From Acutalibacteraceae bacterium (lineage in GTDB: Bacteria > Bacillota > Clostridia > Oscillospirales > Acutalibacteraceae): a stretch of 64,000 nt of DNA. A model generated the notes under the pieces. It had not been told where the DNA came from. It was given only the letters and a program-made list of their open reading frames with translations, and searched no databases. Positions 8,302 to 17,105 of the stretch are shown piece by piece. The stretch spans positions 3,497 through 67,496 of the forward strand of contig JBJEZK010000007.1 in NCBI GenBank assembly GCA_051887355.1. Reading direction: 5' to 3'. The first letter of the stretch is position 1. The number at the start of each line of letters is the position of its first letter. Made by a program: the position numbers and the translations under genes.

Positions 8302-9810
8302 TTAATTATTTGCAAGTTCTTTCCATTTGTCAACGGCATAATTTGCGATGGCAGTGTAATCACTTTGTCCCCAGGTCATTTTTGAAAGATACTCGTCTAT
8401 TAAGTGTTTTCCTAAATTTTCTTCACACCAAGATTCCGGCGCTCCCAAGTATGCGCAAGGAAGGATGTGATCTTCTTTTATATATTCAAGCATAGAGCGA
8501 GAAAGCGGATTGTCTATGGATTCGCTCGAATTTATATCATAAGGAGTAAATCCAAATTTTGATACAGTGTATTTTTTTGCAAGTTCTGAAGTTTGAACCC
8601 AAGTTAAAAAGTCTTGAGCCGCTTTTTTTTCTTTGTCGGAAGATTTAGCGTTTATACAATAGTATTTTGGAGAGTAGATAGGAATTGAAGAATGCATATT
8701 TTTAGCTATATTTTGAGATGACGTGATTTCTTGTTCAGACATAGGAATCTTTATTGGGATAAAAATGCATCTTTTGGCCACTAATGAATTAAAAGTAGAT
8801 AGAGTTGTATAGTCTTGAGTGCTTGCCAAAAGGAAAACAGATTTTCCGTTTATAAAATTTTTTATAGATTGGCTTGTACTATTTTGGGTATTGCTTATAA
8901 GCTCTATTCCTCTTGATATAGCATTATTTGCTCCTGATACATTCGATGTTATTAAATCCAAAACTTGAGCAAATTTATACATAGGATTGAAAAGGTCATC
9001 TATTTTTTCACTGTCAGCAATATTTGCTTCAGCCGGATTTTTAAATGTCGATGCCAGGGCTATATTTGCTAGATATGTCCCTGAATTTTTTTTATTTCCT
9101 CCCGCAAATGAGAATATCCCTGTTAATTTTTGGCTTAAGTCACCTTTTGAAGGAGAAAGTGAATATTCTTTCCCGTTTAGAGTGAACGTGTAAATTTGAT
9201 TGTTGCTTATATAGGAATTTAATGCATCGACCATATTCGAAAACTCTTCGTATGAGCATTTTTGGAGGTCACTTTGAACATTCCTATGTTTTTCGCCCCC
9301 GAAAAGTGAAGAAATCATTTTAGGATCTACTACAAATCCATATGCTTCCGTGCTGTAAGGAATACCGAAATTATCGGTTGTGTTAGAACTTAATTTTAAA
9401 CAGTCAGGTATGTTGTTTGCTACTGTTTTGAAGGAATCTTCTGTAGCGTTACTAAAATCCCAAACCAAAGATTCCGACTTGTAATCCTGTAATTCGTACA
9501 AATTGTTAACAGTGAATATATCCGGCGGATGATCTGAATTCAGATATGATTTTAAATTTTCTACATTGTTTTTTTCTTCAGAGGGAGTAACTGTCCTAAT
9601 TATTACGCCGGTTCGATTTGTATATTCATCGCACATGGCTCGAAAATCTGTTCCTATGTCCGGATCTGCATTGTACACGAAAATATCATAACTTTTTTTT
9701 GTAGATGAGGAGATATTCTCTTCACTAGGTTCAGATTTGTTGCCACAGCCACTGAAAGCAAATGTAGTTAAAGTTAAAATAGCTACAATGGATTTTAATT
9801 TTCTTTTCAA
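8302..9810 (-). CDS. Extracellular solute-binding lipoprotein (family 1, large LplA-like type), orphan
   Basis: Signal peptide plus lipobox 'AFSGC'. About 500 aa with a sugar-type SBP-like body. No permease or ATPase genes adjacent. Confidence 0.65.
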   Translation of the reverse strand: MKRKLKSIVAILTLTTFAFSGCGNKSEPSEENISSSTKKSYDIFVYNADPDIGTDFRAMCDEYTNRTGVIIRTVTPSEEKNNVENLKSYLNSDHPPDIFTVNNLYELQDYKSESLVWDFSNATEDSFKTVANNIPDCLKLSSNTTDNFGIPYSTEAYGFVVDPKMISSLFGGEKHRNVQSDLQKCSYEEFSNMVDALNSYISNNQIYTFTLNGKEYSLSPSKGDLSQKLTGIFSFAGGNKKNSGTYLANIALASTFKNPAEANIADSEKIDDLFNPMYKFAQVLDLITSNVSGANNAISRGIELISNTQNSTSQSIKNFINGKSVFLLASTQDYTTLSTFNSLVAKRCIFIPIKIPMSEQEITSSQNIAKNMHSSIPIYSPKYYCINAKSSDKEKKAAQDFLTWVQTSELAKKYTVSKFGFTPYDINSSESIDNPLSRSMLEYIKEDHILPCAYLGAPESWCEENLGKHLIDEYLSKMTWGQSDYTAIANYAVDKWKELANN

Positions 9811-9991
9811 ACGATCATCCCCAACAGTATTATTTGTAGACTTTTCAAAATTGATATATTTCTATATAAAAAAATAGATATACAACAATAATATATTATT
9901 TTTTTATATAAATCAATATAAATATAAAAAATATTTTTGTTCTAATACTTATTTTATTTCCATATCTATTTTATAGAGGGTGGTGGACAAG

Positions 9992-11020
9992 GTGAAAAAT
10001 AACGAATGTATAAAATTGAAAAATTTTGAAAATGCTATTTCATCTTTAAGCGAAAACATTGCTTTTATTTTTAAAAACATTTCTGATGATATAAAAATCA
10101 GTGCTAGAGAGATAAGGCTCAGAATTAATAGTCCGTTAATGATAGTATGCGATAACAAGAGTTATTTTATTGATTCTGCAGGAAATGCTGTTGACTTTTT
10201 TGATGAAAAAAGACAATTATTTATGATAACCTCGGAAGAATTAAGTTGTGCATTTGAAAAAATATGTAATTATTCGATTTATAGTTTTGAGAATGAAATA
10301 AAAAACGGATTCATTACTGTCAGAGGCGGACACAGAATTGGAATTGCCGGCGAGGTAGTTATTTTTAACGGCAAAATTACCGGAATGAGAAATATATCAT
10401 CATTGAATATCAGGATAGCCGGGGAATTTGTTGATTGCAGTAAAAATGTGTTTGATAACATAAAATTTCAGGCCGGTGGAGCTTTGATAGCAGGGCCTCC
10501 TTCGAGTGGAAAAACTACTTTTCTGAGGGATTTAGCTTTAAAGTTTTCTACCAGTTCTCTGCTTGGATTTCCTAAAGTGTCTATCATAGACGAAAGGTGC
10601 GAAATAGCTGCGTTTTCTAAAAATGAATTTTACATGAATATTGGATTTAGCGATGTTTTGTCTTTGATGCCTAAAGCGGAAGGAATATTGCAAGCTACTC
10701 GATGTTTGTCCCCGGATATTATAATTATTGATGAAATCGGCACAAAAGAAGAAGCAAAATCGGCGGCAGAAGCCTTTAATTCCGGAGTAAGGATAATTTC
10801 TTCCGTGCATGCTTCTGATTTAAAGGAGCTTTTAAATAAGCCCCAGACTCAAATTTTACTTTCATCAAAAGCATTTGAAACTATTGTTATTTTGAGTGAA
10901 TCGTTTTCCAAACCCAGAATTTATAAGGTAAGTGATATTTATGATAAAAATAATAGGATTTGTAATTGTGGTGATGTCAGGCGCTTTAGGAGGATTGGCG
11001 GTACACGAAAAACAATATAA
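9992..11020 (+). CDS. spoIIIAA: Stage III sporulation protein AA (ATPase)
   Basis: Walker A 'GPPSSGKTTFLRD' and Walker B 'IIIIDEIG'. First gene of an eight-gene spoIIIA-order operon. Start is ambiguous: GTG at 9980 or 9992 after GAGGGTGG. Confidence 0.9.
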   Translation: MKNNECIKLKNFENAISSLSENIAFIFKNISDDIKISAREIRLRINSPLMIVCDNKSYFIDSAGNAVDFFDEKRQLFMITSEELSCAFEKICNYSIYSFENEIKNGFITVRGGHRIGIAGEVVIFNGKITGMRNISSLNIRIAGEFVDCSKNVFDNIKFQAGGALIAGPPSSGKTTFLRDLALKFSTSSLLGFPKVSIIDERCEIAAFSKNEFYMNIGFSDVLSLMPKAEGILQATRCLSPDIIIIDEIGTKEEAKSAAEAFNSGVRIISSVHASDLKELLNKPQTQILLSSKAFETIVILSESFSKPRIYKVSDIYDKNNRICNCGDVRRFRRIGGTRKTI

Positions 11021-11444
11021 AAAATTAAAGTTTTTTGAGCAGTATGTAGATTTTATTGTAAGCATCAAAAATGAAATAAGATATTCCGGAAAAAATCTTT
11101 GCGACATACTATCAAATTATAAATGTGATTATCCTTTTAAAAATTATATTGATAAAAGTATAGAAAATTTAAGCAGATTTTCTTTTGAAAATTCTTGGGA
11201 AAAATCTTTTAAATTTTGTTCGAGAGATTTGGGGATTTCAAGTGAAGAAAAAAATTTGATAATTAATTTTGGATCCGGTTTGGGGAAAAATGATATCCAA
11301 AGTCAAATTTATTACTGTGAACATAATTTGGAAGCTGCCAAACCTTACTTGGAAAAAATGCGGAGCAATTACCATCTAAGAGGTAAATTGCCAATAATCG
11401 TGGGGATTTCGTCAGGTATGATTGCTGCTCTTCTAATTATTTAA
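10941..11444 (+). CDS. spoIIIAB: Stage III sporulation protein AB
   Basis: N-terminal TM 'MIKIIGFVIVVMSGALGG' and a C-terminal TM. Position and size fit SpoIIIAB. Overlaps the spoIIIAA reading frame by 80 nt. Confidence 0.85.
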   Translation: MIKIIGFVIVVMSGALGGLAVHEKQYKKLKFFEQYVDFIVSIKNEIRYSGKNLCDILSNYKCDYPFKNYIDKSIENLSRFSFENSWEKSFKFCSRDLGISSEEKNLIINFGSGLGKNDIQSQIYYCEHNLEAAKPYLEKMRSNYHLRGKLPIIVGISSGMIAALLII

Positions 11445-11473
11445 GATTTATGAAAAGAGAAAGGAATTTTAAT

Positions 11474-11668
11474 ATGAATATAGATTTGATTTTCAAAATA
11501 GCTGCTGTGGGTATAATCGTTGCTGTACTAAATCAACTTCTTATAAGATCCGGCAGAGAAGAGCAAGCTATGATGACGACGCTTGCGGGCTTGATAGTGG
11601 TTTTAATGATGATTATTCATGAAATAGATATGCTTTTTAAAACGATAAAATCTGTATTTGGACTCTAA
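11474..11668 (+). CDS. spoIIIAC: Stage III sporulation protein AC
   Basis: 64-aa two-TM protein. 'IFKIAAVGIIVAVLNQLLIRSGREEQA' is typical of SpoIIIAC. Confidence 0.9.
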   Translation: MNIDLIFKIAAVGIIVAVLNQLLIRSGREEQAMMTTLAGLIVVLMMIIHEIDMLFKTIKSVFGL

Positions 11669-11686
11669 AATTGAGGCGGTATAAAA

Positions 11687-12082
11687 ATGAATATTGTATC
11701 TATAGCCGGGGCGGCGTTGATTATTGCTACGGTTTCAATAATGCTAAAAAAATATTTACCGGAGTATGGAATGCTCATAAGCATATCTGCAAGTTTAGTT
11801 TTGGTGTCGGTTGTACTTATGTATGTTTCTCCTATCATTGATAAAGTAAAGAGTATAGTTTTACATACAAAAATTGATTCTGATTATATTTTTATACTAT
11901 TTAAGTCTTTGGGAATATGCTTAATAACTCAGTTCACTTGTGATTCGTGCAGAGATGCGGGAGAAAATTCTCTGGCTTCTAAAGTTGAACTCGCAGGAAA
12001 ATTGGCTGTACTTGGGTGCGCTTTCCCTCTTTTCGAAAACATTGTCAATTGTGCTTTAAATTTGATAGGAGCTCGAATGTAA
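11687..12082 (+). CDS. spoIIIAD: Stage III sporulation protein AD
   Basis: 131-aa multi-TM protein. 'CRDAGENSLASKVELAGK' is typical of SpoIIIAD. Operon position fits. Confidence 0.9.
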   Translation: MNIVSIAGAALIIATVSIMLKKYLPEYGMLISISASLVLVSVVLMYVSPIIDKVKSIVLHTKIDSDYIFILFKSLGICLITQFTCDSCRDAGENSLASKVELAGKLAVLGCAFPLFENIVNCALNLIGARM

Positions 12083-12083
12083 A

Positions 12084-13217
12084 ATGAAAAAATTTTTATT
12101 TGGAGTTTTAGTTTTAGTTTTTTGTTCGATTTTTCCGGTGAATGCATTTGAAGCGCATGATACAAATGAAATTTATTCCCGTCAGTTGAGAGCAATAGAA
12201 GGAGATAAAATTTTTTCCGAGTTACCTCAAGAACCCAAAAAAATGCTTGAGAATATAGGAATAAAAAAAGTAGATTTATTCGACATAGCAAAGCTGGACT
12301 TAAAAAAAGTTTTGAATGAAGTTATAAAAATAGGTAAAAGAAAATCTGTTTCTCCGGTTCGTTCTTTGTCCCCAATCTTAGCGGTTATTCTTGTGGTTTC
12401 AATCTTGAAATTTTTGAAAATTTCTCCTGAAAACAGTGCCGTGTCTACCGTGATGGACTGCATAGGAACAGTTTGTTTGTGCACGGCTTTAATATCTCCG
12501 ATTGTGAGTTTTATATACATTGTTTCTACTGTAATTCAGAGCGCGGCCAGGTTTACTTTGGCTATTGTGCCGATAATTTCAGGGATAATGTTGGCTTTGG
12601 GTCATACCATGTCTGCAACTTCTTATCATGTATTGGTTGGAGGTGCCGGACAAATCGTTTTATATATATCGCTTAATTGGTTGGTTCCCGTTTTAAATGC
12701 TTTGCTTGGAATTTCTTTGATTTCTTCGGTATCCTCTAAAATTAACCTTAGTGGCTTTTGTGATGAAATACGAAAAATTATAAAATCCTTTTTAAAAACC
12801 GCTTCGTCGTTATTTGTTGGAATTTTAACACTTCAAAATTTAGTTGGTAATTCGGCAGATAGTTTGGGTGCAAATACAGTTAAGTTGACTATAGATAGCT
12901 GCGTTCCAATTGTTGGTGGAGCGATAAGTGACGCATTCTTAACTATCCGTGGATGTCTAAAGCTGCTTAAAGTGGGGGTGGGTGCTTTTGGAATAATAGC
13001 AGGTGGAGCTATATTTCTGCCTGTGATTATAGAATGCTTTTTTTGGATATTTTATCTAAGCGTATGCAAATCTGCAGCAGATATATTGGAAGTTAAAAAA
13101 ATTTCCGGTCTTTTAAATTCAGTAAGAAATACAATTTCACTTTTGTTGGCGATATTGCTGTTTTCTATAGTTGTATTGTTAGTATCTGTAGCTGTGGTCT
13201 TAATTATTGGGAGGTGA
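12084..13217 (+). CDS. spoIIIAE: Stage III sporulation protein AE
   Basis: Signal peptide followed by a polytopic membrane domain. 377 aa. Operon position fits. Confidence 0.9.
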   Translation: MKKFLFGVLVLVFCSIFPVNAFEAHDTNEIYSRQLRAIEGDKIFSELPQEPKKMLENIGIKKVDLFDIAKLDLKKVLNEVIKIGKRKSVSPVRSLSPILAVILVVSILKFLKISPENSAVSTVMDCIGTVCLCTALISPIVSFIYIVSTVIQSAARFTLAIVPIISGIMLALGHTMSATSYHVLVGGAGQIVLYISLNWLVPVLNALLGISLISSVSSKINLSGFCDEIRKIIKSFLKTASSLFVGILTLQNLVGNSADSLGANTVKLTIDSCVPIVGGAISDAFLTIRGCLKLLKVGVGAFGIIAGGAIFLPVIIECFFWIFYLSVCKSAADILEVKKISGLLNSVRNTISLLLAILLFSIVVLLVSVAVVLIIGR

Positions 13218-13223
13218 ATTTCA

Positions 13224-13697
13224 ATGAACATTGTGAAGAATTGGTCCGCAGTGCTTTCAGGTTCGATTTTGGTTTGCATGATTTTGGAGTTTTTAATTCC
13301 CCCGGGCAAAATCGGTAAATCTGTGAATATTGTTTTAGGAGCTTTTGTTATGTGTTCTGCGATAGGATGCCTTAAATCGTTTAGTATGAGAAATTTTAAA
13401 TCGGATTTTAATTTAAAAAATTTTGAATTACAAGAAGAAGAAAAAGCAAAAAAATTGGAGTCTGCTACTGAAGAAATTGTAGCTCACCAGATGGAGTCCA
13501 TTATCCAAAGAATTTTGAAGGATATAAATATTACTTATAAAAAAATTGAAATATTTATGGATAGAAATGAGGACAACTGCATAGTAATGATTATGTGCAA
13601 AATATATATATCAAATCCATCCGCAGAAATTTGCGAAAAAATAAAAAAAGCAGTTGACGATAAGCTTAATATCAGTACCGAAATTGTAGGTATTTAA
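13224..13697 (+). CDS. spoIIIAF: Stage III sporulation protein AF
   Basis: Two N-terminal TM segments and a soluble C-terminal domain. Size and operon position fit. Confidence 0.85.
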   Translation: MNIVKNWSAVLSGSILVCMILEFLIPPGKIGKSVNIVLGAFVMCSAIGCLKSFSMRNFKSDFNLKNFELQEEEKAKKLESATEEIVAHQMESIIQRILKDINITYKKIEIFMDRNEDNCIVMIMCKIYISNPSAEICEKIKKAVDDKLNISTEIVGI

Positions 13698-13736
13698 TAA
13701 TTTAAAAGCTTAAAAATATAGGAGGTAGGTATAAAC

Positions 13737-14318
13737 GTGAATTTCAATAATTTTGAAAGTATAAAAAATTATATCCATAAAATATTGTCGTGCGAAAATC
13801 GCAAAGGGATTGTGATAGGCGTAGGCATACTGGGAATTGTTTTAATTGCTTTTTCAAGCTTTTCAGGAAAAAATGATAAATTGGTTTCAGCTTCTAAAAC
13901 GGATAATAAACATGCGACTGAAATAAAAAGAGAAAAATTGGAAAAAAATTTAGAAAATATCGTGTCGAGTATTCATGGGGCCGGAAAATCCAAAGTTTTA
14001 ATTACATTTGAAAATTCGTCAGAAACCGTTTATGCAACAGAAGAAAGAAAAAATAAAGAAGAATCCGAAGATAAAGCCGGGGGAGAGGTTACTCGCAAAA
14101 AGGAGAGCAACGACTGTGAGAAAAAATATATTACAATTAAAGATTCGGAAGGGACAGAGCATGCGCTGGCCGTAACCGAAATCGAGCCCAAAATAAAAGG
14201 GGTTATTATAGCATGTGCTGGAGGTGATAATCCCATGGTAAAAAAAAGAATAGTGGAGGCAGCTACCACAGCTCTTAGCATTCCCTCAAGAAGGGTGTGT
14301 GTTACAAAGTCCGGTTAG
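13737..14318 (+). CDS. spoIIIAG: Stage III sporulation protein AG
   Basis: GTG start after GGAGGT. N-terminal TM, charged linker, and a ring-building C-terminal domain 'KGVIIACAGGDNPMVKKRIVEAATTALSIPSRRVCV'. Confidence 0.9.
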   Translation: MNFNNFESIKNYIHKILSCENRKGIVIGVGILGIVLIAFSSFSGKNDKLVSASKTDNKHATEIKREKLEKNLENIVSSIHGAGKSKVLITFENSSETVYATEERKNKEESEDKAGGEVTRKKESNDCEKKYITIKDSEGTEHALAVTEIEPKIKGVIIACAGGDNPMVKKRIVEAATTALSIPSRRVCVTKSG

Positions 14319-14371
14319 GAAAAATACAAGGGCATTTAATATTAATAATTTTAAAATTGGGGGAAACAAAA

Positions 14372-14938
14372 ATGAAATTTCACAAACGTCAACTTATTCT
14401 GGCATCTTTGGTAACGGCTTTAGGTGTAGCGGTTTATCTAAATTGGCAATTTTCCGATACAAAAGGAATTGGCGCTTCAAATGTTTTAGAGTCGACGAGA
14501 GAGCTCGGGGAAGCAAGGTACGTTAACAGTTCAAATTTGGAAGAAACTGATGACAAAGAAAATTCATCTAAAAAATTATCAAAAGAATCTATGGAGTTTT
14601 TTGTAGAGGCAGAGGAAAATCGCCAAAAAGCAAGAGAAGAAAGTGAAGAAAAGTTAAAAAATTTAATGTCTGATTCAAAAATTCCCGAAGAAACAAAAAA
14701 AGAAATAAAAGATAGACTGGATGATATTTCTCAGAATATCCAAAAAGAGTCCAACATAGAGAATTTAATACAAGCGAAGGGTTTTGGAAAGTGTATGGTT
14801 TATCTGCAAAATGGAGAATGCAGTGTAATTGTAAGCCCCAAAACTTTAAACGAAAGTTCTGTGATAATAATAAGAGATATTGTTTCGGGGCAGGCAGGAG
14901 TAAATTTTGAAAAAATAAAAATTACAGAATCAAAGTAA
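14372..14938 (+). CDS. spoIIIAH: Stage III sporulation protein AH
   Basis: 'MKFHKRQLILASLVTALGVAVYLNW' TM start, E/K-rich linker and C-terminal domain. Last gene of the operon. The ATG at 14372 fits better than the ORF-track start at 14297, which overlaps spoIIIAG. Confidence 0.85.
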   Translation: MKFHKRQLILASLVTALGVAVYLNWQFSDTKGIGASNVLESTRELGEARYVNSSNLEETDDKENSSKKLSKESMEFFVEAEENRQKAREESEEKLKNLMSDSKIPEETKKEIKDRLDDISQNIQKESNIENLIQAKGFGKCMVYLQNGECSVIVSPKTLNESSVIIIRDIVSGQAGVNFEKIKITESK

Positions 14939-14951
14939 TTATTTAAAAATT

Positions 14952-14990
14952 AAAGCACTTTTCGAAAATTGCATTTCGAGAGTGCTTTTT
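14952..14990. terminator. Rho-independent terminator shared by spoIIIA (+) and the convergent nif3/trmK unit (-)
   Basis: Long stem AAAGCACTTTTCGAAA / TTTCGAGAGTGCTTT followed by TTTTT. Confidence 0.8.
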
Positions 14991-14998
14991 GATAGTTA

Positions 14999-15763
14999 TT
15001 ATCCGTAAACAATGTTGTCTGTGCAAGTTTTGCTTGAGAATATTTCAAGTTCCGGAAATTTTTTTGTAAGTTCATTTTTTAGCGGTTCGACAATAACATT
15101 TTCTGTTTTGAAATGTCCCGCATCGACAATCATTATAGGTAATTGATTGGCTGCCAATATTTGGCTGTGTTTTATTTCTCCCGTAACCAGTGCATCGGCG
15201 CCTTTTAAGTATGCTTCTTCGTAAAATTCTCCTCCTGATCCGGAGCAAACTGCTACTTTTTTAATTTTTTTATTTAATTTTGTGTACCTTATGCCGTTGC
15301 ATTCGAGGGATTTTTTTACGTGCAGTGCAAATTCTTCGCAATTTAGTTCGGAGCTTAAATCTCCTATAAGTCCAAGAGGTAAATTTTCTTCATACGTCAA
15401 AGCTGTTAAATTGCTTAAACCGAGTGATTTTGCTAAGTGAAAATTCACTCCTTTTTCAGCTACATCTAAATTTGTGTGAGCACAAATTACGTGGATATTG
15501 TTTTTGCAAATTAAATCCGGAAGAGTTCCAAATTCAATTTTTTTTATAGCATGGAATATAATGGGATGGTGGCTTATTATAAGGTTTGCGTCGAGCGAGG
15601 ACGCTTCTTCTATCACACTTTTTGTTATGTCTAAGGTTACCAGTACTTTTTGTACTTCGCTGGATGCATTTCCTATCAATAGCCCACAGTTATCGAATTT
15701 CATGGATCTTTCAAATGGAGCGATTTCATCTATAAATTTAAATATGTCCTTTACTTTAATCAT
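14999..15763 (-). CDS. yqfO: Nif3-like dinuclear metal centre protein (YqfO family)
   Basis: 'ISHHPIIF', 'HTNLD', 'VCSGSGG', 'GEIKHS'. Sits directly downstream of trmK, as in Bacillus. Confidence 0.9.
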   Translation of the reverse strand: MIKVKDIFKFIDEIAPFERSMKFDNCGLLIGNASSEVQKVLVTLDITKSVIEEASSLDANLIISHHPIIFHAIKKIEFGTLPDLICKNNIHVICAHTNLDVAEKGVNFHLAKSLGLSNLTALTYEENLPLGLIGDLSSELNCEEFALHVKKSLECNGIRYTKLNKKIKKVAVCSGSGGEFYEEAYLKGADALVTGEIKHSQILAANQLPIMIVDAGHFKTENVIVEPLKNELTKKFPELEIFSSKTCTDNIVYG

Positions 15764-15765
15764 AA

Positions 15766-16461
15766 TTATTTCTCCTTTTTCAATATGTTTGAGAGATGAA
15801 TCAGTATGTTGTTAAAATAGTTTTCTTTTTCGAGATTTTGTTCTGCGTGAGCACCTAATATATGGTTTTCTATATTTTTAATTTGCTTTTTGATGAATTC
15901 AAAAGCGTCTTTACTTAGATTTTTTTCGAGTTTTCCGATGTATAATTCATGTGGAGCGAGAATGCATTTTTCCCCTGTAAAAATTGTATCAATTATTAAG
16001 TATGATTTTCCGGAGCATTTTACAGCCAGTTCATTTTTTATTTTGTATCCGTTCGATGCTAAAAATTCATGTAATTTTTCTTCGTATTTCATAGGATTTA
16101 GTATGAATCTTTTTTTATGAAGTTTTTCTTTCCAGGTGCAGCTATTTAATATGTTCGATATCATATTTCCGCCCATTCCGGCGATTATAATTTCATCTGC
16201 TTCGGCTTCTTGTATGTTCAACAGCCCGTCGGAGAGGCGAGTTTCAATGATACTTTCAAGTCCATAATTTTTTATATTTTTTTGTGCATTTTTTAAAGGT
16301 CCGATGCTTATATCGCAGGCAAGCGCATGTGATATTTTTTTCTGCATGGCTAAATATATGGGGATATACGCATGGTCTGTCCCGATATCCGCGATTTTTG
16401 AGTTGAAAGATACCATATCTGCGCATTTTTTTAATCTGTTGCTTATTTTAAAATTGTTCAT
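15766..16461 (-). CDS. trmK: tRNA (adenine22-N1)-methyltransferase TrmK (YqfN)
   Basis: 'ISNRLKKCADMV...IADIGTDHAYIPIYL' and 'IIIAGMGG' align closely with B. subtilis TrmK. Confidence 0.9.
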   Translation of the reverse strand: MNNFKISNRLKKCADMVSFNSKIADIGTDHAYIPIYLAMQKKISHALACDISIGPLKNAQKNIKNYGLESIIETRLSDGLLNIQEAEADEIIIAGMGGNMISNILNSCTWKEKLHKKRFILNPMKYEEKLHEFLASNGYKIKNELAVKCSGKSYLIIDTIFTGEKCILAPHELYIGKLEKNLSKDAFEFIKKQIKNIENHILGAHAEQNLEKENYFNNILIHLSNILKKEK

Positions 16462-16492
16462 CTACAAATTCACCATGTTTATATTTTTGAAG

Positions 16493-16531
16493 TAAAAAAT
16501 TAAAAGCTACGTTCATTATCGTAGCTTTTAA
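16493..16531 (-). terminator. Rho-independent terminator after the zinc-ribbon gene
   Basis: On the minus strand, a TTAAAAGCTACG / CGTAGCTTTTAA stem is followed by six T residues. Confidence 0.8.
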
Positions 16532-16549
16532 TCTCAAAGAGTCGGGAAA

Positions 16550-16840
16550 TTATTGTTGATCTCCGTTTTCTTCTTTCATTTTTGCAAAGCATTCGCTGCA
16601 GTAAACAGGACGATCTTCGCGTGGTCTGAAAGGAACCTTAGCTTCTCCGCCGCAGTTAGCGCATTCTGCTATGAAAATCTCACGATCTTGTCTGCTTGCA
16701 TTTTTGCGAGCATCCCTGCAAGATTTGCATCTTTGCGGTTCATTAACGAAACCTTTCTCAGCGTAGAATTCTTGTTCACCTGCTGTAAAAACGAATTCGT
16801 TTCCACATTCTTTGCAGGTTAGAGTTTTGTCTTCGTACAT
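16550..16840 (-). CDS. Double zinc-ribbon protein (zf-trcl-like N-terminal module plus CxxC-x17-CxxC module), 96 aa
   Basis: 'CKECGNEFVFTAGEQEFYAEKGFVNEPQRCKSCR' and 'CANCGGEAKVPFRPREDRPVYCSECF'. ATG at 16840 follows a GAGGTA RBS. The longer ORF-track version runs into the tRNA-like element. Confidence 0.8.
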   Translation of the reverse strand: MYEDKTLTCKECGNEFVFTAGEQEFYAEKGFVNEPQRCKSCRDARKNASRQDREIFIAECANCGGEAKVPFRPREDRPVYCSECFAKMKEENGDQQ

Positions 16841-16873
16841 GATGTATACCTCGATTCTTGGAATATAATGTTT

Positions 16874-16940
16874 TGCCCTAGGACGGGTTCGCACCGACAC
16901 CTCTGATTTACAACGCTCTGCTATACTAAGCTACTTGGGC
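16874..16940 (-). pseudogene. Decayed tRNA-like element, tRNA-Thr(UGU)-like, missing the 5' strand of the anticodon stem
   Basis: On the minus strand: acceptor GCCCAAG/CTAGGGC (6 of 7 pairs), D arm GCTT-AGTATAGCA-GAGC, a TTGTAA anticodon-loop-like string, and T arm GTCGG-TGCGAAC-CCGTC (4 of 5 pairs, non-canonical loop). Only 67 nt and no CCA. Confidence 0.45.
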
Positions 16941-16961
16941 ATATATTATTCAACTTAGTCA

Positions 16962-16990
16962 AGTATATATGAAGTCAAAGAGGAAGTCAA
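16962..16990 (-). promoter_or_regulatory. Candidate sigma-A promoter driving the tRNA-like element and zinc-ribbon gene
   Basis: Minus strand reads TTGACT, 17 nt spacer, TATACT. The -35 is one of three TTGACT(T/A) direct repeats. Confidence 0.4.
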
Positions 16991-17105
16991 CAATTTTTAT
17001 AATTTTTATATATAAATTGTTTAGTATGTAGAGCTTGGACTAAAAAAATGATTGATAATTTTAATGTATGAAGTTAATTTTTGTGATTTTATAACTTAAT
17101 TTTTA

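Noticed and set aside
9854-9886. Possible sigma-E promoter for spoIIIA (ATATATT, 17 nt, gATATACAa)
   Set aside because: The resemblance to the sigma-E consensus is partial, and such A/T strings occur by chance throughout this intergenic region. It is not strong enough to annotate.
16841-16900. ORF-track N-terminal extension of the zinc-ribbon gene ('MSVRTRPRAKHYIPRIEVYI')
   Set aside because: The extension reads through the tRNA-like element. The internal ATG at 16840 has its own RBS and gives the conserved 'MYEDKTLTCKECG' start.
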